DNA of 64,000 nt from Candidatus Aldehydirespiratoraceae bacterium (GCA_965204595.1 CBDBEW010000014.1:1957207-2021206), one strand, 5' to 3'; shown: positions 1-10,287, numbered from the stretch's first letter. The notes: a model not told the origin generated them from the sequence alone. A program made the numbers and translations.

Positions 1-525
1 TTCATCTGGGAAAAAGGTTGAATACTTGCCCGACTCTCGAAACATCTTCAAGAATTCCTTGTTGTTTCTGCGATTCGCTGCTTGCAACGACACCAGCATC
101 ACGCACAGATAATGGTCTAAGTCTGACTTTTGGAAGTTGTCATCCTTCTCCAGCACTTTGACACGCCCACTACTTGCGCGTTCCAGAACCATCCTGTATG
201 GATGCTGTTTAGTCCACATAGCCCGTTTCGTCTGTTCATATATCGCAGTATTTGGCACCATCCACAGCACTAATCCTGTGTGTTGATGCATGCACACGAG
301 CGATTCGACTGCCAATAGCGTCTTACCTCCACCTGTGGGAATCCGCATGCAGACATGGGGGATAGGCCGGCTAGCACTGTCGAATCGCGAAAAGTGTGTT
401 GGCCTTTCACTATCCCAACTTAGATTACCCCACGCAACATCAACAGACCCGTGAGCCTCTTTCAAACATCGAAACCAGTCTGCGAACCTCTCCAAGGCAC
501 GTTCTTGATATCGCTTCAGTTCCAT
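1..525 (-). CDS. res: Type III restriction enzyme Res (SF2 helicase) subunit, N-terminal 175 codons; gene runs off the window start
   Basis: Edge-truncated, so absent from the ORF track. My reverse translation from ATG (525-523) reads MELKRYQERALERF...CMRIPTGGGKTLLAV (helicase motif I). The start lies 1 nt after the mod stop (529-527), the usual Type III mod-res order. Confidence 0.8.
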   Translation of the reverse strand, partial: MELKRYQERALERFADWFRCLKEAHGSVDVAWGNLSWDSERPTHFSRFDSASRPIPHVCMRIPTGGGKTLLAVESLVCMHQHTGLVLWMVPNTAIYEQTKRAMWTKQHPYRMVLERASSGRVKVLEKDDNFQKSDLDHYLCVMLVSLQAANRRNNKEFLKMFRESGKYSTFFPDE

Positions 526-526
526 G

Positions 527-2254
527 TCAGACCACGCTCTGGTCAATATATGGAATCTGACAAAATGTGATGCCCATGTCTGTAAGATTCCGCTGTGATA
601 TGTACTTGTGAGACGCGAACACCACCGACTTTCTCTCTGATTTGGTTAGACGCAAGGCCATTTTCTCAGTCAGTCCCGAATCTGTGCTGCACAACCAATC
701 AAGTCTCGGCCGATAATGCAGCCAGAAGTCGCGTTTGTCGTCCTGATAGAAGGGCGCATCACCAGAAGGGTCAATCAGAGTTTCATCTATGGCTCGTCCA
801 GTTGCCATATGGTACACGTATACTGCCATGTCCGCATAACTCGGAAGAGATTTGCCATCAAGTAGGGAACTTACGTCTAGGGGTGCTCCGAGAGTGCAAT
901 ATTGAAACGAACAAGCATAGCCATCTCGCAGGTTCTCGTCTTTGGCATCAGGGATGCCCTGAATGACACGGCGTATGCGTTCGGCCGTGACGTTATCGGC
1001 GTAGTCCTCACATTCGATCAAGATGAACTTCCGGTTTCCGCCATCTGCTGCGTTTAGTTCTATGACCGCCTGTGCAGTTGTGCCGCTACCCGCAAACGAA
1101 TCAAGAACTACAGCATCGGGGTTGCTGAACGATATAAGAAACCGAACTAAGTCAACGGGCTTTGGAAAGTCAAAAACGTGATCGTCAAAAATGGCTTCCA
1201 AGTCTTGCTTGCCTCTAGTCGTATTTATATCAGTAATGACATCTTTCACGGAAGTAGTGCTGTGCGTGCGAACCTTTGTGTAAATGCGGATGCCCCCGTC
1301 TGATGCTTCCTCAAATTTGAGGTTGTGACGCTCGGCCACTACCTTCTCCCGGCTCCATCGCCAAGCGTGGAAGGCACCAGACCCGCTTAGATTCGGTTTC
1401 GGACTCACCTTGACGTAGCCAGCGTGCAGATGGGCAACACTTACGTCCTCGCAGATGATGTCGCCGGTTGAAGCATTGTAGTAGATGTCATAAACGAGAT
1501 TCGGGCGGGTGTGTTCATTGAACTTGGAATTTGTGTTGTGCAGTTCGTTCTTGGTGACATATTCGCCGTAGTTGTCTTGTTGCACCTCATAATCGATGTT
1601 GCGGTAAGTGCTTGGCATGGCATTCTTTAGAAATCCAATTGCACCTGTGAATTTGGTCAGGTTGTCGATGTCTTTTGCATAGACAAGCACATACTCGTGA
1701 GTGCCAGCGGCTCCATACCTCGAGATTTGTCGGCCTTTTAGATTGTTGACCCATACGAACATATTGACGAAGTTTCGCTCTTCGAATATTTCATCCATGA
1801 GAATGCGAAGATGGTGCTGTTCGTTTTGGTCGATAGATACGAAGATCGCGCCGTCGTCAGATAGCAAATCTCGCAGCAGGTGCAGGCGTGGCCACATCAT
1901 GCAAAGCCACTTGTCGTGCCGTTCTAGATCTTCACCATCGACAGGAGCATGTTTGGTAAGCCATTGCTTTAATAATGGACTGTTGGCGTTGTCGTTGTAG
2001 ACCCAACCTTCGTTCCCTGTATTGTAGGGTGGGTCAATGTAGACACAATTGACGCGCCCTGCATACCGTGGCATCAGAGCTTTCAAAGCGTAGAGGTTGT
2101 CGCCGTGAATTATCAGGTTGTCACTCTCTTGCCCTGTGCTAGAAAGCGGGACAGACTTCTCGCGGTGAGGCACCAAGGGTGACAGTGGAACGGCTAAGTG
2201 GTGGCCATAAATGTGCTGTTTGCCTTCGAATTCCAATCTCATTTTGTTCTCCAT
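527..2254 (-). CDS. mod: Type III-like DNA methyltransferase Mod (beta-class N6A/N4C MTase)
   Basis: 575 aa. Catalytic motif 'VYIDPPYNTG' precedes the SAM motif 'VLDSFAGSGTTAQA' (beta-class order). It directly abuts res. Confidence 0.85.
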   Translation of the reverse strand: MENKMRLEFEGKQHIYGHHLAVPLSPLVPHREKSVPLSSTGQESDNLIIHGDNLYALKALMPRYAGRVNCVYIDPPYNTGNEGWVYNDNANSPLLKQWLTKHAPVDGEDLERHDKWLCMMWPRLHLLRDLLSDDGAIFVSIDQNEQHHLRILMDEIFEERNFVNMFVWVNNLKGRQISRYGAAGTHEYVLVYAKDIDNLTKFTGAIGFLKNAMPSTYRNIDYEVQQDNYGEYVTKNELHNTNSKFNEHTRPNLVYDIYYNASTGDIICEDVSVAHLHAGYVKVSPKPNLSGSGAFHAWRWSREKVVAERHNLKFEEASDGGIRIYTKVRTHSTTSVKDVITDINTTRGKQDLEAIFDDHVFDFPKPVDLVRFLISFSNPDAVVLDSFAGSGTTAQAVIELNAADGGNRKFILIECEDYADNVTAERIRRVIQGIPDAKDENLRDGYACSFQYCTLGAPLDVSSLLDGKSLPSYADMAVYVYHMATGRAIDETLIDPSGDAPFYQDDKRDFWLHYRPRLDWLCSTDSGLTEKMALRLTKSERKSVVFASHKYISQRNLTDMGITFCQIPYIDQSVV

Positions 2255-2510
2255 AGTTGCCTGGCGTGTGTCGTGTGTGGCAGTTTCTTACACTTTATTT
2301 CTCGGGTGTGACAAGGGGGAGTGAGGCACGTGAATCTTGTCGCCTTTCGGTCTAGCGAGAGTGGTATGCTAACATAACGTTTAGATGTTTGCCATTGCCT
2401 ATAGTTGTTACGAGGTATCCTTGATTCAAACTTTGAGAGACACGTTTTGACCCTATCGAGCTTAAACCCGCCATCCATGAGAACAGATCAACAATGAGAG
2501 CCGGACAACT

Positions 2511-3122
2511 ATGAGAATAGAACAGCAGCAGCACCTCAACCCGCTGGTGCTGTTTCCGCCGTTGCCTGTGGGGTTGTATCAAATCATTTACGCTGATCCA
2601 CCGTGGGATTATAAGGGACAGCTGCAGCACAGCGGCCCTAGTGGGGGTGACAGCGGGGGCGCACAACGCCATTACTCAACGGTGAAACTCGCTGACCTGA
2701 AACAGCTCAAAGTTGGCGATATTGCGGCGAAAGACAGTCTGTTGTTTATGTGGGCAACCAACCCGCATTTAGATCAAGCTATTGAACTGGGCAAGGCGTG
2801 GGGGTTCGCTTGGGGCACTGTTGCGTTCGTGTGGGACAAGCAACGTGTCAATCCAGGTTTTTACACGATGAGCCAATGCGAACTGTGCCTTGTGTTCAAA
2901 CGGGGGCGCATTCCCCGTCCGCGTGGTGCGCGCAATGTTCGTCAGTTGGTGAGCGAACCACGGCAAGCACACTCAGCAAAGCCAGACGAAGTTCGTGAGC
3001 GCATTAATGCGATGTTTCCCAAAACGTCAAAAATCGAACTCTTCGCCCGCGCAGGTAACGGTACCCACTCACTCAGCACCGGCAACTGGGAATTATGGGG
3101 GCTAGAAGCGCACGACTCGTGA
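2511..3122 (+). CDS. MT-A70 family adenine DNA methyltransferase (no adjacent nuclease)
   Basis: 203 aa with 'IIYADPPWDY' (DPPW catalytic motif) and 'LLFMWATNPHL', typical of MT-A70. Divergent from mod. Confidence 0.8.
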   Translation: MRIEQQQHLNPLVLFPPLPVGLYQIIYADPPWDYKGQLQHSGPSGGDSGGAQRHYSTVKLADLKQLKVGDIAAKDSLLFMWATNPHLDQAIELGKAWGFAWGTVAFVWDKQRVNPGFYTMSQCELCLVFKRGRIPRPRGARNVRQLVSEPRQAHSAKPDEVRERINAMFPKTSKIELFARAGNGTHSLSTGNWELWGLEAHDS

Positions 3123-3132
3123 CCGCCTCTGT

Positions 3133-4122
3133 CTAGTAGAGCGCACCGCCATCTACGATGTTGTGGTTTGATACCATCCTACGAACTTCATTGAGGCGTT
3201 TATAACACAAATCGAACCGCTCGCTATTTGTGTCAACGCCTAAGTCTTGCAACCGGTGCAGTGCTAGGTCCACCGAAGCAGCCGCAGCGTTAGCTAAGCG
3301 GACAGCAAGTTCGCCAAAAGAGGCGGGATCGGGTAAGGTCTCGAGACACATGTAAGTACCGAGGATGCGCCAACACGAAATGTCGTCGTACTCATTTTGA
3401 GCTTCGATTTCGTCGCGCAGTGTGTTGACCCGCAACGGTTCGAGAGTGGCGATAATACCTTCGGATACGTCAGGACAGTTGTTCAACAGCACGGCGATAT
3501 CGTGTGAATACTTGGCGGTGCCGCTGCTCAAAGCTGTGAGACATTTGACCGAATGCTCAACAGCCAACGCAGAGTGGGCGCACAAGCTCGATAACCGTGC
3601 TTCTCGCTCTGCGTAACCATCCGTCGAAGATTCACTAGGAGCAGCGACGCAAAAGTGTCTCAGGTCGCACAACGATTGATGCACCGATGAAAGCATCGAC
3701 GCGGCTTCTTCTAGATCTGATTTAGGCATTCCGATTCCTTTCGCCCAGTTGACACGGTCATCGCTAGGTTCGTCGCAAAACAACCAGATACCATACTGAG
3801 CGATCGCTGCTTCGATAGACGACTTGACCCGGTTGGTTCTGTATTCCCACTCCGGCCAGTCGGTAACCAACACATCAACCGGTAGATCTGTCGCTGACAT
3901 ACACAACGCGCGCAGCCGCCAAGTGCGCGGCAGTCGCTCTTCGTAGTCGATGTCGTCAAAGACCACCATCAAATCAAGATCGCTGCCAGCACGTGCGTTG
4001 CCGTTAACCACCGAACCGAACAGCAAAACACCAGACGCGCCTTGCTCACGCAACACATCTGCTGCGACCTGCGCCTGTGCCAAAGTAGGCGGCGAATCAG
4101 CAATCAGTTCACGAGTACCCAT
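3133..4122 (-). CDS. Fused nucleotidyltransferase (MNT) - HEPN domain protein
   Basis: 329 aa. The N-terminus 'LLFGSVVNGNARAGSDLDLMVV' is a minimal NTase GS...DxD motif. The C-terminal helical region 'ALAVEHSVKCLTALSSGTAKYSHDIAVLL' resembles a HEPN core. Confidence 0.65.
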   Translation of the reverse strand: MGTRELIADSPPTLAQAQVAADVLREQGASGVLLFGSVVNGNARAGSDLDLMVVFDDIDYEERLPRTWRLRALCMSATDLPVDVLVTDWPEWEYRTNRVKSSIEAAIAQYGIWLFCDEPSDDRVNWAKGIGMPKSDLEEAASMLSSVHQSLCDLRHFCVAAPSESSTDGYAEREARLSSLCAHSALAVEHSVKCLTALSSGTAKYSHDIAVLLNNCPDVSEGIIATLEPLRVNTLRDEIEAQNEYDDISCWRILGTYMCLETLPDPASFGELAVRLANAAAASVDLALHRLQDLGVDTNSERFDLCYKRLNEVRRMVSNHNIVDGGALY

Positions 4123-4189
4123 ACCACCACACTAGCCAACAACAACACCGAACGCACCACCGCCGACAGCAGAGGTAAATAAGGTGTCC

Positions 4190-4310
4190 ATTCAGCGACC
4201 ACAGCTACTAACTCTGATTTGCCATGAGAAAGCAAGAGTCAACTGCAGAACAGTGGCCTTGATGGGTGTGACAGTGGGGTTGCTGAAAGCGCGTGACTCG
4301 TGACCGTCTG
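4190..4310 (+). pseudogene. Internally deleted ghost of a second MT-A70 methylase copy
   Basis: 4239-4280 aligns at about 74% to 2618-2659 of the intact MTase. 4276-4311 aligns at about 85% to its 3' end and stop (3097-3131). The roughly 440 bp between those segments is missing. Confidence 0.5.
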
Positions 4311-4349
4311 CAGAAGCAGCAGTTGCTTATCTGAGTCTGGTGTGGGTAG

Positions 4350-6314
4350 CTAGGGTGATGGGGAGTATGTGTATTGCCCGGCTAGGTTCAGTAGAGCCTT
4401 GAAAAGGTTACTGCAGTAGCCATATCTAGTTATGCGCGGCTCGTTGGCTATCATTGTGAAAATAATCACCCCATCATTGGGCGTTACAACCATCCCCGCG
4501 AGAGATTTGGCAACATTGAGCTGTCCAGTTTTGGCTCGCAGTGTATTGGTGGTTGGTTCGTTAGGACCACAAGATCGCAGCGTTCCCCTCACTGAAGGAA
4601 CAGCTAAATTGCTCACCAGCAGAGAATCCGGGCCTGCTTGCCGCAGTAGTTCTGTGACTGCTGCACAGGTGAGCCTGTTGTGATATGACAAACCCGACCC
4701 GTCGGCGATGACTAGCCCATCCACTAAGTCCCCAAGCCTCTCATTCATTATCGCTTGAACGTTCGCTGCGCTCGTAATCCTAGAAGCATTAGCATCCCCA
4801 GCAGTCCCGCTGATGCGGCGTCCGACTTCTTTGAACAATAATTCGGCTATCGTGTTGTCGGAGCGGCTGAGCATTCGTAGCAGAATGTCTGCTACTGGTG
4901 GTGAGTGTAAATGACCCACCTCAAAACGTGCTGAGGGTTCGGGTGCGATGCCACCAACAGCCCTACGTGTGATGACCATACCCCGGTGTTCCAACAGGTC
5001 ATCAAACTGTGATGCTGCGTGCCGGGCCGGATCAGCAACCCATCTGCCGTTGGCACTGCCTCTATTTATTAGGAGTCCTGAAAGCGGCCCTACATTGTTC
5101 TGGGTAAGAAATGAGCGTTTCCAGACCGGTTCTGGGTTGCCCTCAAGGTAATGGTTAGTGTAATCAAGTTCACCGTCGAGATACCAAGAAGCGTCTCCCA
5201 CTATCCGGCCCTCGATTCGTGTTATGCCTTTCGCTTGGAGAGCAGCAAAAACTTCATCTGCGAGCGAGGTGATGTCTGTATAAACCAGCGGTTGATGAAA
5301 GCGGCTAGCGTATTCTGGGGTGGCGATCACGGGGTCGCCTCCACCGATCAAAAAGATGTCACCTTTGAACGTGTTGGTGGTTGTGGCATTCCAAGCATCA
5401 CTGCTTACCACAACGGTCGTTTCAAAGGTTTCTTCTGGTGACATCACTTCTAAAACGGCTGTGGCGGTTACGATTTTCATCAAAGATGCTGGTACAAGTG
5501 GGTCTCGAACCTTCCAATCAACTGCAACTCTGTCGTTTGCATGAACCGATAAACACATCATTTCGGGAGCTTGTGGATGTGAGATCAAGTCCGCAAATGC
5601 TGATCCTGTTGCCCTCGTGTTTTCGGCACCACAATCTAGTGCCAAAGGATTGATGTCAACAGGCGGGCTGCCCTTATAACGATACAAAAACGCAATAAAT
5701 TGGCTGCGGGTTAGGGTGTTGTCTGGTGAGAAAGTGGTTGGGGTGGTGCCGTTGGTTATGCCTTGCGTGACCATCCAGGCAACGGGTTGTTGTTGCCATT
5801 CTCGGGTCACATCCCCAAAATTGTGTTGAACCACAGAAGGCATCGGTTTGGCGAGACGGAACAGAAAAGCTGCCGCTTGAGCTCGGGTTAGGGTGTTGTC
5901 TGGTGAGAAAGTGGTTGGGGTGGTGCCGTTGGTTATGCCTTGCGTGACCATCCAGGCAACCGGTTGTTGTTGTTCGGCCGAGGCAACGTCAATGAATTGA
6001 AGATTGCTTTGCCGGAGTCGGTCTTCTTGTGCAGGTTGACCCGACATACGCCAGAGCCAGACAGCTGCTTCACCTCGAGTTACTCCTTGCGTGGGTAAGA
6101 AACAGTTGTCTGTTATCCCGGTGATGTTGTGGTCGACCGACCATTGAACGGCGTTGCTGTAGTACTGCCCTTCTACAACGTCACCGTATCCAGCTATCGC
6201 CCCAACTGGTGAAGCGGGCAACAGAAGCAATGCGATAAGCCCGAACAATCCGCTTAGTGCAGCAGTGAAACCGTTACGCCGTTGACAGACAGAAGTGATG
6301 TCGGGAGTTTTCAT
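4350..6314 (-). CDS. D-alanyl-D-alanine carboxypeptidase/endopeptidase (PBP4 family) with N-terminal signal/TM segment and three SLH domains
   Basis: 654 aa. Has SxxK 'ASLMKIV', SxN 'SRSDNT' and KTG 'AKTGQL' motifs. Three SLH-like repeats at the N-terminus ('WMVTQGITNGTTPTTFSPDNTLTR'). Confidence 0.8.
   Translation of the reverse strand: MKTPDITSVCQRRNGFTAALSGLFGLIALLLLPASPVGAIAGYGDVVEGQYYSNAVQWSVDHNITGITDNCFLPTQGVTRGEAAVWLWRMSGQPAQEDRLRQSNLQFIDVASAEQQQPVAWMVTQGITNGTTPTTFSPDNTLTRAQAAAFLFRLAKPMPSVVQHNFGDVTREWQQQPVAWMVTQGITNGTTPTTFSPDNTLTRSQFIAFLYRYKGSPPVDINPLALDCGAENTRATGSAFADLISHPQAPEMMCLSVHANDRVAVDWKVRDPLVPASLMKIVTATAVLEVMSPEETFETTVVVSSDAWNATTTNTFKGDIFLIGGGDPVIATPEYASRFHQPLVYTDITSLADEVFAALQAKGITRIEGRIVGDASWYLDGELDYTNHYLEGNPEPVWKRSFLTQNNVGPLSGLLINRGSANGRWVADPARHAASQFDDLLEHRGMVITRRAVGGIAPEPSARFEVGHLHSPPVADILLRMLSRSDNTIAELLFKEVGRRISGTAGDANASRITSAANVQAIMNERLGDLVDGLVIADGSGLSYHNRLTCAAVTELLRQAGPDSLLVSNLAVPSVRGTLRSCGPNEPTTNTLRAKTGQLNVAKSLAGMVVTPNDGVIIFTMIANEPRITRYGYCSNLFKALLNLAGQYTYSPSP
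5707..5972. repeat. 177-nt-period direct repeat inside the PBP4 gene (two SLH modules)
   Basis: 5707-5783 is identical to 5884-5960 (77 nt). The match extends to 89 nt with one mismatch. Confidence 0.9.
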
Positions 6315-6510
6315 CTAGTTGAGTTCACCAACATCTGGTTGATTTCACTAGCATTGTGCCTGAAATGTCTTGGGGTTCTTCGGCAACTCTCACAAATTCA
6401 GTATTTTAGAGAGTTCGCCACGCTGAGAGACCTATGTTGTTGAGAATTTTAGTTTAGGTTAGAGGTTTGGGTGGTTTGTTGATGCGCCACAGTCGCTAAA
6501 ATAATGTTCC

Positions 6511-6876
6511 GTGTCTGATTTTCTTCGCAGCTATCTCACTGTCGGCATCTTTGGCTTGGCTGGAGTTGCACTGGTCGCTGTTTTTCTTGGGTTGAGTCGC
6601 ATCTTTAGACCCACCAATCCAACCCCGCAAAAGCTCGCAACATACGAGTCTGGGGTTGACCCAACAGGCGATATGTGGACGCAAACCAACATTCGTTACT
6701 ATGTTTTTGCGCTTTTGTTTGTGATGTTTGATGTTGAGGCTGTGTTCATCTTCCCCTGGGCGATGCGCCTTGAGTCTTATGGCATGTTCGGCTTGATTGA
6801 GATGGCTATTTTCATTTATATTTTGTTGCTGGGTTTGCTTTATGCTTGGCGTAAGGGGATGCTGCGATGGGTTTAG
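6511..6876 (+). CDS. nuoA: NADH-quinone oxidoreductase subunit A
   Basis: 121 aa, 3 TM segments, '[10 protein letters not shown]...[23 protein letters not shown]'. Confidence 0.9.
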   Translation: MSDFLRSYLTVGIFGLAGVALVAVFLGLSRIFRPTNPTPQKLATYESGVDPTGDMWTQTNIRYYVFALLFVMFDVEAVFIFPWAMRLESYGMFGLIEMAIFIYILLLGLLYAWRKGMLRWV

Positions 6877-7367
6877 TAGAGTCGGGTAAGTTGCCCAAGT
6901 CGCTCACCACCCTTTTGAACATGAGCCGTAAATACAGTTTGTGGGCGTATCAGTGGGGGTTGGCTTGTTGTGCTATTGAGATGGGGGCTGCGTTTGGCTC
7001 TCCTCGCTACGATGTGATGCGTTTGGGTGTGATCCCTTTGCCTGCCAGCCCTCGCCAGTCCGACTTGCTTATCGTTTCGGGTACCGTCACCGACAAAATG
7101 GCACCAGCAGTGTTGCGGCTTTATGAGCAGATTCCTGAGCCTAAATACGTGATTTCGATGGGTTCGTGCGCTAATTGTGGCGGTCCATATTGGGATTCGT
7201 ATTCGGTGACTAAAGGCGTGGATCAGATTATCCCTGTGGACGTGTATGTGCCGGGTTGTCCACCTCGCCCCGAGGCTTTACTTGAGGGTATTGTGTTGCT
7301 GCAAGAACGTATCCAAAATGAGGACATGGCTAAACGGTGGAGAGGTGATCCGATTGTCGTTGACTGA
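6867..7367 (+). CDS. nuoB: NADH-quinone oxidoreductase subunit B
   Basis: 166 aa; 'LACCAIEM', '[11 protein letters not shown]' and 'VPGCPPRPE' are the N2 cluster ligands. Overlaps the nuoA stop. Confidence 0.95.
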   Translation: MGLVESGKLPKSLTTLLNMSRKYSLWAYQWGLACCAIEMGAAFGSPRYDVMRLGVIPLPASPRQSDLLIVSGTVTDKMAPAVLRLYEQIPEPKYVISMGSCANCGGPYWDSYSVTKGVDQIIPVDVYVPGCPPRPEALLEGIVLLQERIQNEDMAKRWRGDPIVVD

Positions 7368-8061
7368 TACCACCGCTGATTCCACTGCGACGGCCACCGA
7401 TGTCGCCGACGACGCTGTTGATGAAGTGCGTGAAGCGATTCTGCGAGACCTCAGTCGTGAGTTGGGTGAGGCGTTGGTTGGTTCGCACATAGCAGTTGGT
7501 GTTGATATCACGGTTCGGGTTAGTGTTGAGGCGTGGGCAACCACCGCAGCTTTTTTGAAAGACGGGCTGGGGTTTACTTTTTTCAATTTTTTGAGTGCTA
7601 TTGATTGGTTACCTGCTCTGGGTCGAGATATGGATAGTCAAGTTGATTTGCGTTTGGATGCTGCGGACAACCCAGAATCAGCCGAAAAAGACACCGAATC
7701 CGAAGCAATGGAGCAGGGTTTAGCCGGTGGCGACACAAGGTTTCAGGTTTTTGCTCGGGTTAACGATGTGGTGCAACATAGGGCGATAACGGTTAAAGCT
7801 GATGTTGACCAAGAAAGGATGTCGGTGCCAAGTTGGGTGCCGGTTTATGCGGGAGCTAACTGGCATGAGCGTGAGGCTTGGGAGATGTTTGGTATTGATT
7901 TTGTGGGGCATCCCGGGTTACGCCATATTTATTTGCCGGGTTCTTTTGAGGGGCATCCTTTACGTAAGGATTATCCATTGTTGGCAAGGCGGATAAAGCC
8001 GTGGCCAGGCATCGTGGATGTTGAGTTGATGCCTACCTCTGACGAATCGGCACCTGCATGA
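7360..8061 (+). CDS. nuoC: NADH-quinone oxidoreductase subunit C (start uncertain: TTG 7360 or GTG 7345)
   Basis: Has '[20 protein letters not shown]...LRKDYPL'. The ORF-track start at 7246 lies inside nuoB and is rejected. Confidence 0.85.
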   Translation: MTDTTADSTATATDVADDAVDEVREAILRDLSRELGEALVGSHIAVGVDITVRVSVEAWATTAAFLKDGLGFTFFNFLSAIDWLPALGRDMDSQVDLRLDAADNPESAEKDTESEAMEQGLAGGDTRFQVFARVNDVVQHRAITVKADVDQERMSVPSWVPVYAGANWHEREAWEMFGIDFVGHPGLRHIYLPGSFEGHPLRKDYPLLARRIKPWPGIVDVELMPTSDESAPA

Positions 8062-9239
8062 CCACAGTTTCTAGCCGACGTCAGCTTGATTACATTGCTG
8101 CACAGGCGGCTGATGCGCGGGTTAATCTTGAGATCGAAACTGAGGGGATGACCCTCAATATCGGCCCGCAGCATCCTGCCACCCACGGCACGCTTCGTAT
8201 TGTGGCTAAGTTGGACGGTGAGCAAGTGGTGGCTGCTGAGCCGGTGATGGGTTATATGCATCGTGGTTACGAAAAGTTGAGCGAGGTTCGCACTTATCCT
8301 CAGGTCACCACGTTGATTAATCGGATTGATTGGTTGGGGAGTTTTGCTAACGAGGTTCCTTTTATTTTGGCGGCTGAGCAGTTGATGGAAGTTGAAGCCC
8401 CACCTCGTGCTCAGTGGATTCGTACTTTGCTTTTTGAGATGAGCCGTATCGCTAATGTGGTGTTGTTTTTGGGTGACATGGCTGTGCAGGTGGGTGCGGT
8501 AACCCCCGTTTTTTTCGCTTTCAGAGACCGTGAACACGTGCTGAACCAGATCGAGGCTGCTACGGGTGGGCGTTTTCACCCGAACTTTGATCGTATTGGC
8601 GGCTTGAAAGACGACCTTCCTAAGGGTTGGGTTGTTGAGACGAAGCAGGTGATGAAGAAGATGCGCGCGTTTTGTGATGAGATTGAAGAGTTGGTGCTAG
8701 GTAATGAGATTTTTCAAGCTCGTACCCGTGGTATTGGGGTTATCCCAGCAGATGTTGGATTAGCTTACGGGCTTTCTGGTGCGAATATTCGTGGTTCTGG
8801 GGTTGATTGGGATGTGCGGCGTGATGGTGTTACTGGTCTCGGGGGTTTAGTGCATTCTGAGCTCGATTGGCGGGTTTGGACTCATCCAGATGGCGATTCC
8901 TTTAGTCGGTTTTGGGTGCGGTTGCAGGAGGTGCGTGAAGCAACCAAGATGATTGATCAGTTGCTTGATGGTTTGCCTAGTGGTTCGATTATGGCTAAGG
9001 TGCCTCGTATTATTAAGGTGCCTGCGGGTGAAGCGTTTGTTGAGACTGAGAATCCGCTAGGGGTGATGGGTTACTATGTGGTTTCTAAAGGGGGCTTGGT
9101 ACCGTTTCGGGTGAAGATTCGTTCCGCTTCGTTTAGCAATATGTCGATAACACCGTGGTTACTGACTGGTGTGTATGTTCCCGACATCATCACTATTTTG
9201 GGTAGCTTGTATTTCATCCTTGGAGATATAGACAGGTGA
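8058..9239 (+). CDS. nuoD: NADH-quinone oxidoreductase subunit D
   Basis: 393 aa; 'LNIGPQHPATHGTLRIV', 'GYMHRGYEKL'. ATGA overlap with nuoC. Confidence 0.95.
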   Translation: MTTVSSRRQLDYIAAQAADARVNLEIETEGMTLNIGPQHPATHGTLRIVAKLDGEQVVAAEPVMGYMHRGYEKLSEVRTYPQVTTLINRIDWLGSFANEVPFILAAEQLMEVEAPPRAQWIRTLLFEMSRIANVVLFLGDMAVQVGAVTPVFFAFRDREHVLNQIEAATGGRFHPNFDRIGGLKDDLPKGWVVETKQVMKKMRAFCDEIEELVLGNEIFQARTRGIGVIPADVGLAYGLSGANIRGSGVDWDVRRDGVTGLGGLVHSELDWRVWTHPDGDSFSRFWVRLQEVREATKMIDQLLDGLPSGSIMAKVPRIIKVPAGEAFVETENPLGVMGYYVVSKGGLVPFRVKIRSASFSNMSITPWLLTGVYVPDIITILGSLYFILGDIDR

Positions 9240-10273
9240 CTGCGAGCCACATTTTTGCTGAGTTGGCGTATTGGCAACAGACGGGTATTCGTGTTGCCGT
9301 TGGTTTGGCTGCGGTTTTGTTGGTTGCTGGTGCGTTGGTGTATATGCATTTGTTTAAGGCTGTTTCGTTTATGCAGAGCCGCTTGGGGCCGATGGAGGCC
9401 GGCCCGTATGGTTCGTTGCAGTTGCTAGCTGAGGTTGGCAAACACATCCAGAAAGAAGACATCTTCCCCGCAAATGCTGATCGTTTTGTGTTTGCAGCTG
9501 CGCCTTTTGTTGTCTTGGCTTCCACGTTTTTGTTGGTGGTGGTGGTGCCGGCTGGCCCTGATGCTTGGTTTGTGAACAGTGCTTTGGGGATTTATTTGGG
9601 TTTGGCGGTTTCTTCTGTTTCGGTGTTAGGTATTTTGATGGCGGGTTGGGGTTCGTCTAATAAGTATTCTTTGTTGGGTGGTTTGCGTGCCACGGGTCAG
9701 CTTATTGCCTATGAGTTGCCTCTGATTCTTGCGGTTGTGGGTGTGGTTATTCAAGCGGGTTCGATGAACATGGCCGAGATCGTTTACGCCCAAGCAAATG
9801 GCGAGATTTTTGGTTTTGGTTTGCTGGGGAACCCATTTATTCTCACTCAGGGTGTGGCGTTTGTGATTTTTTTGATTGCGATGCAAGCAGAGTTAGCTCA
9901 AGCACCATTTGATATGCCTGTAGCTGAATCTGAGTTGGTGACTGGCTATATGACCGAGTACTCTGGTATGCGTTTCTTGCTGTTTTTTATTGGCGAGTTT
10001 GCTACCGCTGGGGTTTTCGCAGCGGTAGCTTCGGTGTTGTTTTTGGGTGGTTGGTATGTGCCCGGTATTGCTTCTGATGCTGAGATTATGAATGTGTTGG
10101 GGCCGTTGGTGATGTTGGTGAAGATTGTTGGGTTAACGTTTCTAATTTTTTGGACTAGGTTTTCGATGCCTCGTTTCCGTGAGGATCAACTTCAGCGTGT
10201 GGCTTGGAAGTTTCTTATTCCAATTGCGTTGGCTAATATCGTGGTCACGGGTGTTCTCAAGGTCACTTTTTAG
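9236..10273 (+). CDS. nuoH: NADH-quinone oxidoreductase subunit H
   Basis: 345 aa polytopic protein; '[27 protein letters not shown]'. GTGA overlap with nuoD, so no nuoEFG lies between D and H. Confidence 0.95.
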   Translation: MTASHIFAELAYWQQTGIRVAVGLAAVLLVAGALVYMHLFKAVSFMQSRLGPMEAGPYGSLQLLAEVGKHIQKEDIFPANADRFVFAAAPFVVLASTFLLVVVVPAGPDAWFVNSALGIYLGLAVSSVSVLGILMAGWGSSNKYSLLGGLRATGQLIAYELPLILAVVGVVIQAGSMNMAEIVYAQANGEIFGFGLLGNPFILTQGVAFVIFLIAMQAELAQAPFDMPVAESELVTGYMTEYSGMRFLLFFIGEFATAGVFAAVASVLFLGGWYVPGIASDAEIMNVLGPLVMLVKIVGLTFLIFWTRFSMPRFREDQLQRVAWKFLIPIALANIVVTGVLKVTF

Positions 10274-10287
10274 GCAGGTGGGTTAGC

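Noticed and set aside
7246-7359. Upstream extension of nuoC proposed by the ORF track ('[15 protein letters not shown]...').
   Set aside because: It overlaps the conserved C-terminus of nuoB in another frame. A TTG or GTG start at 7345-7360, next to the nuoB stop, fits the operon's pattern of coupled junctions.
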